Both the position numbers and the translations under genes were made by a program. The notes beneath the pieces are model-generated. The model had not been told where the DNA came from. It saw nothing but the letters and a program-made list of their open reading frames with translations, and ran no database searches. Positions 56,794 through 64,000 of a stretch of 64,000 nucleotides of DNA are shown here, piece by piece (position 1 is the first letter of the stretch; every line of letters begins with the position of its first letter). Source of the DNA: Gemmatimonadota bacterium (GTDB lineage: Bacteria; Gemmatimonadota; Gemmatimonadetes; Gemmatimonadales; GWC2-71-9); contig JAZDCY010000033.1 in assembly GCA_036679645.1 (NCBI GenBank), positions 13,700 through 77,699 on the forward strand, read 5' to 3'.

Positions 56794-58987
56794 CGCGCTG
56801 CGGGTCGTCGAGCGGTTGGCGCGGCCGGCTGCAGACCCGGGACCGCGCCGAACGCCGGACGATCTCCTCCCAGCGGTGCGTCGCGCGCTGATGGGATGCG
56901 TCGATCAATCGTGGATGCCTCCAAGCTGGCTCTACCCGCATCAGCGCGATGCCGCACAGCGACTCATAGAGGCGCTCCGTGTCTTCGGCGGGGCGCTGCT
57001 GGCCGACCAAGTCGGCCTCGGGAAGACGCATGTGGCCCTCGCGCTTGCCGCTACCTACGATCGGGTTGCCGTGGCCGTTCCCGCAACACTCAAAGCCCAG
57101 TGGCGGCGCGTGGCAACGCGGCTCTCTGTTGCGCTCGACCTAGTATCGCACGAGGCGCTCAGCCGGGGAACACGCCTACCGGACGCGGACCTCGTGATCG
57201 TCGACGAGGCGCACCGTTTTCGCAATCCCAACACACGACGCTACGACACGCTCGCCCGGAACATCGGCTGCGCTCACCTGCTATTGGTGAGTGCGACTCC
57301 GGTGGTGAACGGCGCGGCCGATCTGATCCACCTCATTCGGTTGTTCCTTGCCGACAATGCGCTCGCCCCGCTGGGAGTGCCGTCACTGGAGCGCATGCTA
57401 TCCGATCTCAACGCCGATACGCTCATGCACGCCATCGCACCCTTCGTCGTAGGGCGATCGGTACAGACGGCACACATGAATCAGCGACTCCCTCGAGTGC
57501 GCGATAATTCGCCGGTAGAGGCTTCACCCATTCCCGCGGCTGCGCTCCCGCCGATGGTCCGATCGCTCGAGGCGTTGCGGTTCCCCTCATTCGGCCGGGA
57601 AGCGTCTGCGCTGCTGCGCCTGCACCTGTTTTACAGGCTCGCCTCGTCGGCTGACGCGTGTCTCGAGACGCTGCGCCGCCACGGGCTGTATCTCGATGAC
57701 GCCACCGATGCCGCTCACCGAGGAGAGCGGCTTTCGCGCGGTGCCGCCCGTCGAGTGTTCGGCCGGGATGAAGGTCAACTCTCACTCGGTCTCTCCGACA
57801 TACGGGAGAACGGCCGTGTCCCCGTGAACCGGTTGATGGCGGAGCGTCGGCGACTCTCCCGTGCAATGGCCGGCCTGCATTCCGGGATACCCAACCCCAA
57901 GACCGATGCATTGCGCGCGTTGGCTCACCACCGCAGAGGTCGCAAGACGCTCGTCTTCACCGCGGCCGAGGCGACGGCACACACGATCGCGGCGGCACTC
58001 GGGTGGAAGGCCGTGGCGGTCGTCGCGAGTGGGCGTGCACGACTCGCATCGGGGCCGATCGCCATGGACGAGGCGTTGAATCTCTTCGCTCCGCGAGCGC
58101 GGGGCCGCCCGGTTCCAGAAGAGCGGCTTCGCGTCGACGTGCTTGTCGCAACGGACTTCGCGAGCGAAGGACTCGATCTCCAGGACGCCGACGCCGTGGT
58201 ACACTTCGATCTTCCGTGGACGCCGTTGCGGCTCGAGCAACGACTCGGCCGCATTGCGCGTTTGCATTCACCGCACGACGCGGTCGATGTGTGGTGGCTC
58301 GTGCCGCCTCGTCTCCTCGAGCGGCGGTTGCATCTGATCGATCGCATCGGCCGCAAGCTGCGCGATCAGTTACGCCTCGCGGTGGCGCGCTCGAGTCGCG
58401 TGGGGCATGCCACGGTCACGGGCGGGTATCTCGATGCGCGAGAGCGCGCCGTAGCCGGGGCACTTAGCGCAACGCGCGGATTCGCCGTCGTGTCGGGTGC
58501 GCGGCGGGCAGTGTTCGGGCTCCGCTGGACGGTGGGCGATCGCGGTACGGTGCACGAACTGATTGACGGTGACGGGAACGCGGGACTGGGATCGGAGTGG
58601 GAGACTCTGTTGCGAGCACCTGAGCGTCGCTCGGAACCCATTCCGGCTTGGTGTCTCGAAGCGCTCGACGTCATTTGCCGCCGCCGCACGCACGTCATGG
58701 AGCGTGGAGCCATTCACGGTGCTGCGCGATTACTGCGCCGTCGAGTGCTGCGTCGCGCCCGGCACGCCGCGAAGCGCAGGGAACACCGCCTGCTCGACCG
58801 GCTCGATGGTGTGCTCCAACGCATCCAGGCAGGGCTCCCCGTTGGTGCGGAGCGAGACCTCGATGATCTGCTCACGCGGCAGCCCGGGGTCCGCGCACTG
58901 GATAGCTGGCAGCGGCGAATACGCGGAGCGTCGCCCCGGTGGCAGGGACCGGAGATCCGGACGATGGTCGTGGCAGAGCCTACCTAG
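56693..58987 (+). CDS. SNF2-like helicase (start codon uncertain)
   Basis: LADQVGLGKT, DEAH, SATP, SEGLDLQ, EQRLGRI. Confidence 0.88.
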   Translation: MSIKTRSTAKWRAPSRCHPAPAPTSPRWPAIPASALRVVERLARPAADPGPRRTPDDLLPAVRRALMGCVDQSWMPPSWLYPHQRDAAQRLIEALRVFGGALLADQVGLGKTHVALALAATYDRVAVAVPATLKAQWRRVATRLSVALDLVSHEALSRGTRLPDADLVIVDEAHRFRNPNTRRYDTLARNIGCAHLLLVSATPVVNGAADLIHLIRLFLADNALAPLGVPSLERMLSDLNADTLMHAIAPFVVGRSVQTAHMNQRLPRVRDNSPVEASPIPAAALPPMVRSLEALRFPSFGREASALLRLHLFYRLASSADACLETLRRHGLYLDDATDAAHRGERLSRGAARRVFGRDEGQLSLGLSDIRENGRVPVNRLMAERRRLSRAMAGLHSGIPNPKTDALRALAHHRRGRKTLVFTAAEATAHTIAAALGWKAVAVVASGRARLASGPIAMDEALNLFAPRARGRPVPEERLRVDVLVATDFASEGLDLQDADAVVHFDLPWTPLRLEQRLGRIARLHSPHDAVDVWWLVPPRLLERRLHLIDRIGRKLRDQLRLAVARSSRVGHATVTGGYLDARERAVAGALSATRGFAVVSGARRAVFGLRWTVGDRGTVHELIDGDGNAGLGSEWETLLRAPERRSEPIPAWCLEALDVICRRRTHVMERGAIHGAARLLRRRVLRRARHAAKRREHRLLDRLDGVLQRIQAGLPVGAERDLDDLLTRQPGVRALDSWQRRIRGASPRWQGPEIRTMVVAEPT

Positions 58988-59007
58988 GCCTGGATTGCTT
59001 CATGAAA

Positions 59008-59025
59008 ACTTCGGGTTATATTCGG
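59008..59025 (+). promoter_or_regulatory. Candidate SOS operator overlapping a -10 box
   Basis: ACTTCGGGTTATATTCGG; 17/18 identical to 62814-62831. Confidence 0.65.
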
Positions 59026-59029
59026 TTTC

Positions 59030-59224
59030 ATGTCAGATAGCTCCCTCCCGATCGTACCTCCGCTTGCCTCGACCGCCCCCGTATCGAAGTACCGTAAGTA
59101 CCTGTACGGCAACTACATACTGCTAGAGCGCAAGCGTACCCCGTGCCCTGAGTGCGGGTTCGGTCTGGTGGCTGCATCCGGATGCGCGTACTGCCCCTCC
59201 TGCGGGTGGGGCAAGTGCGGGTAA
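59030..59224 (+). CDS. Small zinc-ribbon protein
   Basis: CPECG..L....GC..CPSCGWGKCG; ATG 7 nt after the -10 box. Confidence 0.65.
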   Translation: MSDSSLPIVPPLASTAPVSKYRKYLYGNYILLERKRTPCPECGFGLVAASGCAYCPSCGWGKCG

Positions 59225-60246
59225 AGCGCCAAGTTCTCAACCGGAAGCGCCGCGGCGCCTTCTTCGTCAAGCAGGGGGCGCGCACCATCCTCAATCCGCC
59301 GGAATCGACCGGCATGCATTTCTGGTCAGTCAATCCTTATGTCGGGTGCGAGTTCGGTTGCACGTACTGTTACGCCCGTTTTGCGCACAGGTACGTGGTC
59401 GAGCGCGCGACCAAAGCGGGCGAGATCGACGCGTCAGATTTCGATGAACTGCGCGGGGCCCGGTCGTGGAAGGCCTTCGAGCAGTGGATCTTTGTAAAGC
59501 AGCGCAGCGCCGTGCTCGCGGCCTTGGATCGCGATCTGCCACGCGTGCGCGATCGCAATGTCACCACGCGTCAGACACTCGCCATTGGGACCGCGACAGA
59601 TCCGTATCAACCAGCGGAACGTCAATACGCCGTCACGCGTGTGTTACTCGACCGGCTCAGCCGTGAGCGAGGCTTTCACATCGGCATCGTGACGAAGAGC
59701 CCCCTCATCTGTCGGGACATCGACGTGCTGCGCGCACTGCAACGGCGTCACGTGCTCTCAATTCACATCTCGCTGATGACGGTGAACGAAGATGTCATTC
59801 GCGAGTTCGAGGCGCGCTCTCCCATGCCGCATGCCCGTCTTCGTGCGCTTGCAAAGCTGGTCAATGCGGATCTCAACGCGGGCGTGATCGTGGCGCCGGT
59901 GCTTCCCGGTATCACCGACACGGCCGCATCACTGCGGTCGTTACTCCTCGCGGCACGCGGTGCGGGTGCCCGGTTTGCGCACGCGAGCCCGCTGCGTCTT
60001 TATCGGGCAGTGCGCACACCGTTTCTGCCCGTGCTGAAACGCCACGCGCCAAGTCTCGAACAGCGTTATCGCCGAGCGTACGGTGAAAAACCCAACGCGC
60101 CGCAGGCCTACCGCGCGGCCCTGGAGCGGCGGTTTCGCCGGCTGGCGGAAGAGATTGGAATTGCGCTCGACATGTCGTTCGACGGCCCAACCACCGGTGG
60201 CGGCGAACAGCTGGGGTTTTGGATGTCGGAACAGAGTGCGCGGTGA
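59215..60246 (+). CDS. Radical SAM protein, SplB/Rv2578c-like
   Basis: NPY.GCEFGCTYCYAR, GTATDPYQP.E, TKS.L..RD.D. Confidence 0.92.
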   Translation: MRVKRQVLNRKRRGAFFVKQGARTILNPPESTGMHFWSVNPYVGCEFGCTYCYARFAHRYVVERATKAGEIDASDFDELRGARSWKAFEQWIFVKQRSAVLAALDRDLPRVRDRNVTTRQTLAIGTATDPYQPAERQYAVTRVLLDRLSRERGFHIGIVTKSPLICRDIDVLRALQRRHVLSIHISLMTVNEDVIREFEARSPMPHARLRALAKLVNADLNAGVIVAPVLPGITDTAASLRSLLLAARGAGARFAHASPLRLYRAVRTPFLPVLKRHAPSLEQRYRRAYGEKPNAPQAYRAALERRFRRLAEEIGIALDMSFDGPTTGGGEQLGFWMSEQSAR

Positions 60247-60263
60247 GCGGGAACCGTCAACTT

Positions 60264-61286
60264 TCAGCGACTCACACTTTCGACAAACTCCACGATCGCG
60301 TCCACCAACTCAGGGACCACCGGAAGACGCGGATTCGTGTACGTCGGCAACTGCGCGGCAAGCGTCGTGTCGGCTACGCGTTTAAACACATGATTCGCCG
60401 AGCGAACGATGACCACCCTGGCGTCGGGGCGCGCAGCCTGCAGGATGCGCGCGTCGCGTGCGGACACCTGGAGGTCGGTCTCACCCTGCACGATCAGGAC
60501 GGGCACGTTGAGCACCGCCAGCTCGTCGCTTGGTGAGATCGAGATCGCACTCTGCATAAACGCCCGGTTTACGGCCACGAACAGCGGTTCCAGAAGCGAC
60601 GGGATGTCCCCGACGGAGTCGCCGCGCAGATAGCGATCCATCGCGCCGTCATAGCGCGCGAGCATGGCGTCGTCGACCTGTCGCTGCAGTTGGTCGCGCA
60701 GGATGACGCGCATGGGCCGGCCGGCGGCGGCGGCCAACACGAGACCGTCCGCCTCGAGTCCGAAACGCATGGCACGGATAGCCAACGTGGCTCCCTCATC
60801 GTGCCCCACGAGAACCGTGGTCGTGAATCGCACGTCACTACGCAGCGACATGACAGCGGCTGACACATCGTGTGCAAGATCGTCGAGTGTGAGAGCGGCG
60901 AGGTCGACGTGCCCCTGCGTGGCGGGCAGCACGCGCTTGTCGTAACGCAGTGTCGCTACGCCATGTTCGGCCAGGCGCCAGGCGAGTTGCGCGTAGAGGT
61001 TTGCGCGAAGTGTTCCTGCCGTCGCGTTGCCGTTCCGGTCAGTGGGGCCGGACCCGGCAATGATCACCGCTATGGGGAACGGCGCCGCTGTGTCGCGGGG
61101 AAGCGTAATGGTCCCGGAGAGCGTAAGACCATCGCTGGTGACCGACTCGGGCGCCATCATATCGACCGACGCGGGGACGCGAGGGACCTGCGCCTCGAGG
61201 CCGCGCACGGCGACGAGCACGAGTACAGCAGTAACGATGCGCATCTTCATCACCGCGATCGCTAACCCCAGCCAACGACTGCGCAT
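60264..61286 (-). CDS. Secreted alpha/beta hydrolase-like protein
   Basis: IAGSGPTDRNGN, RYDKR, GHDEG, QGETDLQV, NHVFK. Confidence 0.85.
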   Translation of the reverse strand: MRSRWLGLAIAVMKMRIVTAVLVLVAVRGLEAQVPRVPASVDMMAPESVTSDGLTLSGTITLPRDTAAPFPIAVIIAGSGPTDRNGNATAGTLRANLYAQLAWRLAEHGVATLRYDKRVLPATQGHVDLAALTLDDLAHDVSAAVMSLRSDVRFTTTVLVGHDEGATLAIRAMRFGLEADGLVLAAAAGRPMRVILRDQLQRQVDDAMLARYDGAMDRYLRGDSVGDIPSLLEPLFVAVNRAFMQSAISISPSDELAVLNVPVLIVQGETDLQVSARDARILQAARPDARVVIVRSANHVFKRVADTTLAAQLPTYTNPRLPVVPELVDAIVEFVESVSR

Positions 61287-61315
61287 GCAGTTCCCCCGAA
61301 GTGCCAGACACAATC

Positions 61316-61352
61316 TAGTGGTAGGGGCGCACGCCGTGCGCCCCTACCACTA
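61316..61352. repeat. REP-like palindrome
   Basis: tagtgGTAGGGGCGCACGcCGTGCGCCCCTACcacta; a second copy lies inside the RAYT near 61558-61579. Confidence 0.85.
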
Positions 61353-61876
61353 CGCGGATCCGGAATACTGGCGCGGGTTCATTGCGATGTAACGGCGGAT
61401 TCGTCGTAATTCGCCCGCGTCGCGGATTACACGATCGTAATACCCGCGTTGCCACACGGGGCGATCGGACGCGCCGTAACCGCCGATTTGAATCCCGCGA
61501 CGAACGACCCCAACGACCGGGGCGGTCGGACCGGTATTGGCGAGGGGTTCGGGATATGGGGGCGCGCGCCGTGCGCCCCAACAGTCCGGATAACCACGAT
61601 TCCGTGAAGATGGTCTGGCATCACGACGAACACGTCCAGGACGATTTCACGACGGAGGTCCGCAGATCGAAACCATTCGTCCGCGACCACCCGACCGAAC
61701 CGGCTCGGGCACATTCGGCCGTTTGCGACGCTGCCAAACAACGGTGATCGACTATAGGAACAAAGCGTCACGAAATACGCGCCGTCCCGCCTATAGTCAT
61801 AACCCCGGAGACGAATCGATCGGCGACGCCGGAAGGGGACATACCACATCGAAGCCAAACTGGGGAACGTGGCCAT
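61350..61876 (-). pseudogene. REP-associated tyrosine transposase (RAYT), frameshifted
   Basis: RRSIRL.GYDY, FVVMPDHLHGI, GFKSAVT; WQRGYYDRVIR..YIAMNP continues in another frame after about 61470. Confidence 0.85.
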
Positions 61877-61913
61877 GGACACATCACCCCAATTGTCCGT
61901 GACACAATCATTT

Positions 61914-62768
61914 TCACGCAATCCCTACCGTGCCCAACGCATCCCGAAACGCATCGAGCAGTTCCGGCGGTAGCTCGACCTCGTCCCCGTACATCTTCTT
62001 CAGCATCGCCGCATTGGCCGGCGCCTGTCCGACAAAATGATTGTTGGTGATCACGTACGTGTCGCGGGCACGCTTCGCAACCTCGTGGATGCGGTCCATC
62101 CACGATTCCAGTTCGGTCTTCGTGTACAGGTAATCGTACCGTTCGTGTGATTCCGCATTGTCGCGGAACCAGTTCTCGTAGTTGCGGCCGTGGAGACGAA
62201 CGTATCCGACGGGTGACGTGACCTGCGCATCGGGTTCGATCGACTTCGCGTATATCGGTTGATCGATGTTCACGGCACCGATACCGCGCTCGCCGAGCCC
62301 TGAGTAGAACTCGGGCACGTTCCACGAGCTGTGACGAACTTCCACCGCAAGCGGAAACTCGTCGAACGCACGCACGACGTCTTCCAACCATTCGCGTGAC
62401 CTGGCATCGCGCTTGAACGACCACGGGAACTGGATCAACAGACAGCCGAGTGTGCCGGCGTCGCGGAGCGGTGCGAGACCGTCACGAACCGCAGCGACCT
62501 CGTCACGCGTCCACGCCTGGTCCCGTTCGTGGGTGAACCGACGCCACAGCTTCGCGGTGAAGGTGAACCGCTCGTTGTGTTCGACGCGACGCGCCCAGGA
62601 GGTGGCGGACTTCCGTGTTGGTGGCCGGTAGAAGGTGGAGTTGATCTCGATCGTGTCGAAGTAGCGTGCGAGATACGCGAGCGGATCGAACCCTTGGGGC
62701 CGAGTCGCGGGATAGACCGGCCCCCACCAGTCCTTGTAGTCCCAACCTGCCACTCCAAATCTAATCAT
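61914..62768 (-). CDS. DUF72 family protein
   Basis: GVAGWDY.DW, IEINSTFY, YVRLHGRN, TNNH. Confidence 0.92.
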   Translation of the reverse strand: MIRFGVAGWDYKDWWGPVYPATRPQGFDPLAYLARYFDTIEINSTFYRPPTRKSATSWARRVEHNERFTFTAKLWRRFTHERDQAWTRDEVAAVRDGLAPLRDAGTLGCLLIQFPWSFKRDARSREWLEDVVRAFDEFPLAVEVRHSSWNVPEFYSGLGERGIGAVNIDQPIYAKSIEPDAQVTSPVGYVRLHGRNYENWFRDNAESHERYDYLYTKTELESWMDRIHEVAKRARDTYVITNNHFVGQAPANAAMLKKMYGDEVELPPELLDAFRDALGTVGIA

Positions 62769-62799
62769 GACAACGTCTTACGTGTCTTCATAGAGCTTC

Positions 62800-62831
62800 T
62801 TGCACTTCCCCTTACTTCGGGATATATTCGG
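62800..62831 (+). promoter_or_regulatory. Sigma70 promoter with candidate SOS operator
   Basis: TTGCAC-17-TATATT overlapped by ACTTCGGGATATATTCGG. Confidence 0.7.
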
Positions 62832-62854
62832 GTCCTTCTGGAAACTTGGGGGAT

Positions 62855-64000
62855 ATGGACGCTGCGCAAAAGATGGCGGGAGGGCAGGAGGGCGGGAGGG
62901 GGCGGCTCGAAAGCGACCTCGCCGCTTGCCTTTGGATTCCCGCCTTTCCGCTGCGTTGCGAGGAGGCGCGCCGTCCCGATATCACCGATCGGCCCACCGC
63001 GTTGCTTGCTCCAGAAGATAGTCGCCGCATTTGGCAGGCGTCGTCACATGCGCGCCGTCAGGGTGTGAAAGTCGGGATGACCGTGAGCCAGGCAATCGGG
63101 TTGTGCCCCATGCTCTCCGTGATCGAACCCGATCCCGTGCATTACGACGAACAGTTCGCGCACCTGTTGTTGCGGCTCGAAAACGTGAGCCCCGTCATCG
63201 AGCCGGCTGAATTGGGGCGTGTGTTCATCGGAGTAGATGGCTTGGAACGGTTGTTCGGGTCTCCGATGCGGCAATTGCAGGTTATCGCGGCAATGGCCGA
63301 AGGGCGGAAGGGCGGAGGGGCGGAAAGTCGTTCCCGAGGGGAAGTGTGGGGCGGGTCCGCCCGCCTGGGTTGGGGCCGGGGGAAATTCACCGCTTGGGTC
63401 GCAGCGACCCGCGCCAGACCGGGACAACCCGTAATCGTGCAGGACGAGGGAAGGACGGAGTTTCTTCGCGCCCAACCTCTCGCGGTGCTGCCACTCGACC
63501 CCGACAACCATCGGCGGCTGCGGCAACTCGGCCTTCGCACGCTCGGTGATCTCGCGGCATTACCCGAGGCGGCCGTCATCGCTCAGTTCGGTCGTGAAGG
63601 TCGTGCGGCATGGCGCCTGGCATCGGGCATCATGGACGAGTCGGTCACTGGCCGCGAGCGCCCGCGACCCATTGCCGCATCGTTCGATTTCCCTGTACCG
63701 GTCGCCGATCGCGGCATGCTCGCGCATGCGATTTGTGTACTGACCGAACACGCGTTACGTGATCCGCGTCGTACCGGGTGGCGCGTGTCCGTGGTGCGTG
63801 TACGTGCGGCACTCGAGCACGGCGCCTCGTGGATGATCGGTGCTGTCCTCAAAGATCCCGCCGCCACACGCGAACGCATCACCGCGCCGCTGCACGCCAA
63901 GCTCGAGCAGAACCCGCCAACCGGCGCGGTCGAACAGATGGTCGTCGAATTCACCGCCTTCGTCCGCGGCACCGACGAGTTGCAGCTCTTTGCCCGCGAC
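62855..64000 (+). CDS. imuB: ImuB-like Y-family polymerase homolog (runs off the window end)
   Basis: Manual translation: ACLWIPAFPL, ARRQGVKVGMTVSQA, SPVIEP, LRQLGLRTLGDLAALP...QFG. Confidence 0.85.
   Translation, partial: MDAAQKMAGGQEGGRGRLESDLAACLWIPAFPLRCEEARRPDITDRPTALLAPEDSRRIWQASSHARRQGVKVGMTVSQAIGLCPMLSVIEPDPVHYDEQFAHLLLRLENVSPVIEPAELGRVFIGVDGLERLFGSPMRQLQVIAAMAEGRKGGGAESRSRGEVWGGSARLGWGRGKFTAWVAATRARPGQPVIVQDEGRTEFLRAQPLAVLPLDPDNHRRLRQLGLRTLGDLAALPEAAVIAQFGREGRAAWRLASGIMDESVTGRERPRPIAASFDFPVPVADRGMLAHAICVLTEHALRDPRRTGWRVSVVRVRAALEHGASWMIGAVLKDPAATRERITAPLHAKLEQNPPTGAVEQMVVEFTAFVRGTDELQLFARD

Overview
GC-rich bacterial chromosomal window; gene content suggests Gemmatimonadota (inference only). 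The left part (about 5.4-16.6 kb) is an accessory region ending at tRNA-Gln/tRNA-Ala. It looks like a decayed integron-type cassette array with no integrase in the window: attC-like and attI-like repeats, HigBA and RHH/PIN toxin-antitoxin pairs, Mrr and an IS110 scrap. The middle is mostly housekeeping: cupredoxin lipoproteins, rnz, mlaEFD, nadE, a sigma54 operon and an mntR-multicopper oxidase-ZIP operon. The most striking element is a complete 3141-bp IS1595-family transposon (40916-44056, 17-bp TIRs, 8-bp TSD) carrying two tRNA genes whose anticodons do not match their bodies: a Leu-type tRNA with a Pro (UGG) anticodon preceded by an SD-led Met-Pro-Pro minigene, and a His-type tRNA (G-1:C73) with a Gly (GCC) anticodon. 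Its cargo also includes structured non-coding sequence, a winged-helix protein and a small GIY-YIG nuclease. This is a candidate mobile mistranslation or decoy-tRNA module. The right end has an N6-MTase plus SNF2 helicase pair, SOS-type genes (radical SAM, imuB) sharing a candidate operator, and a frameshifted RAYT with REPs. All calls are by eye; no database search was run.
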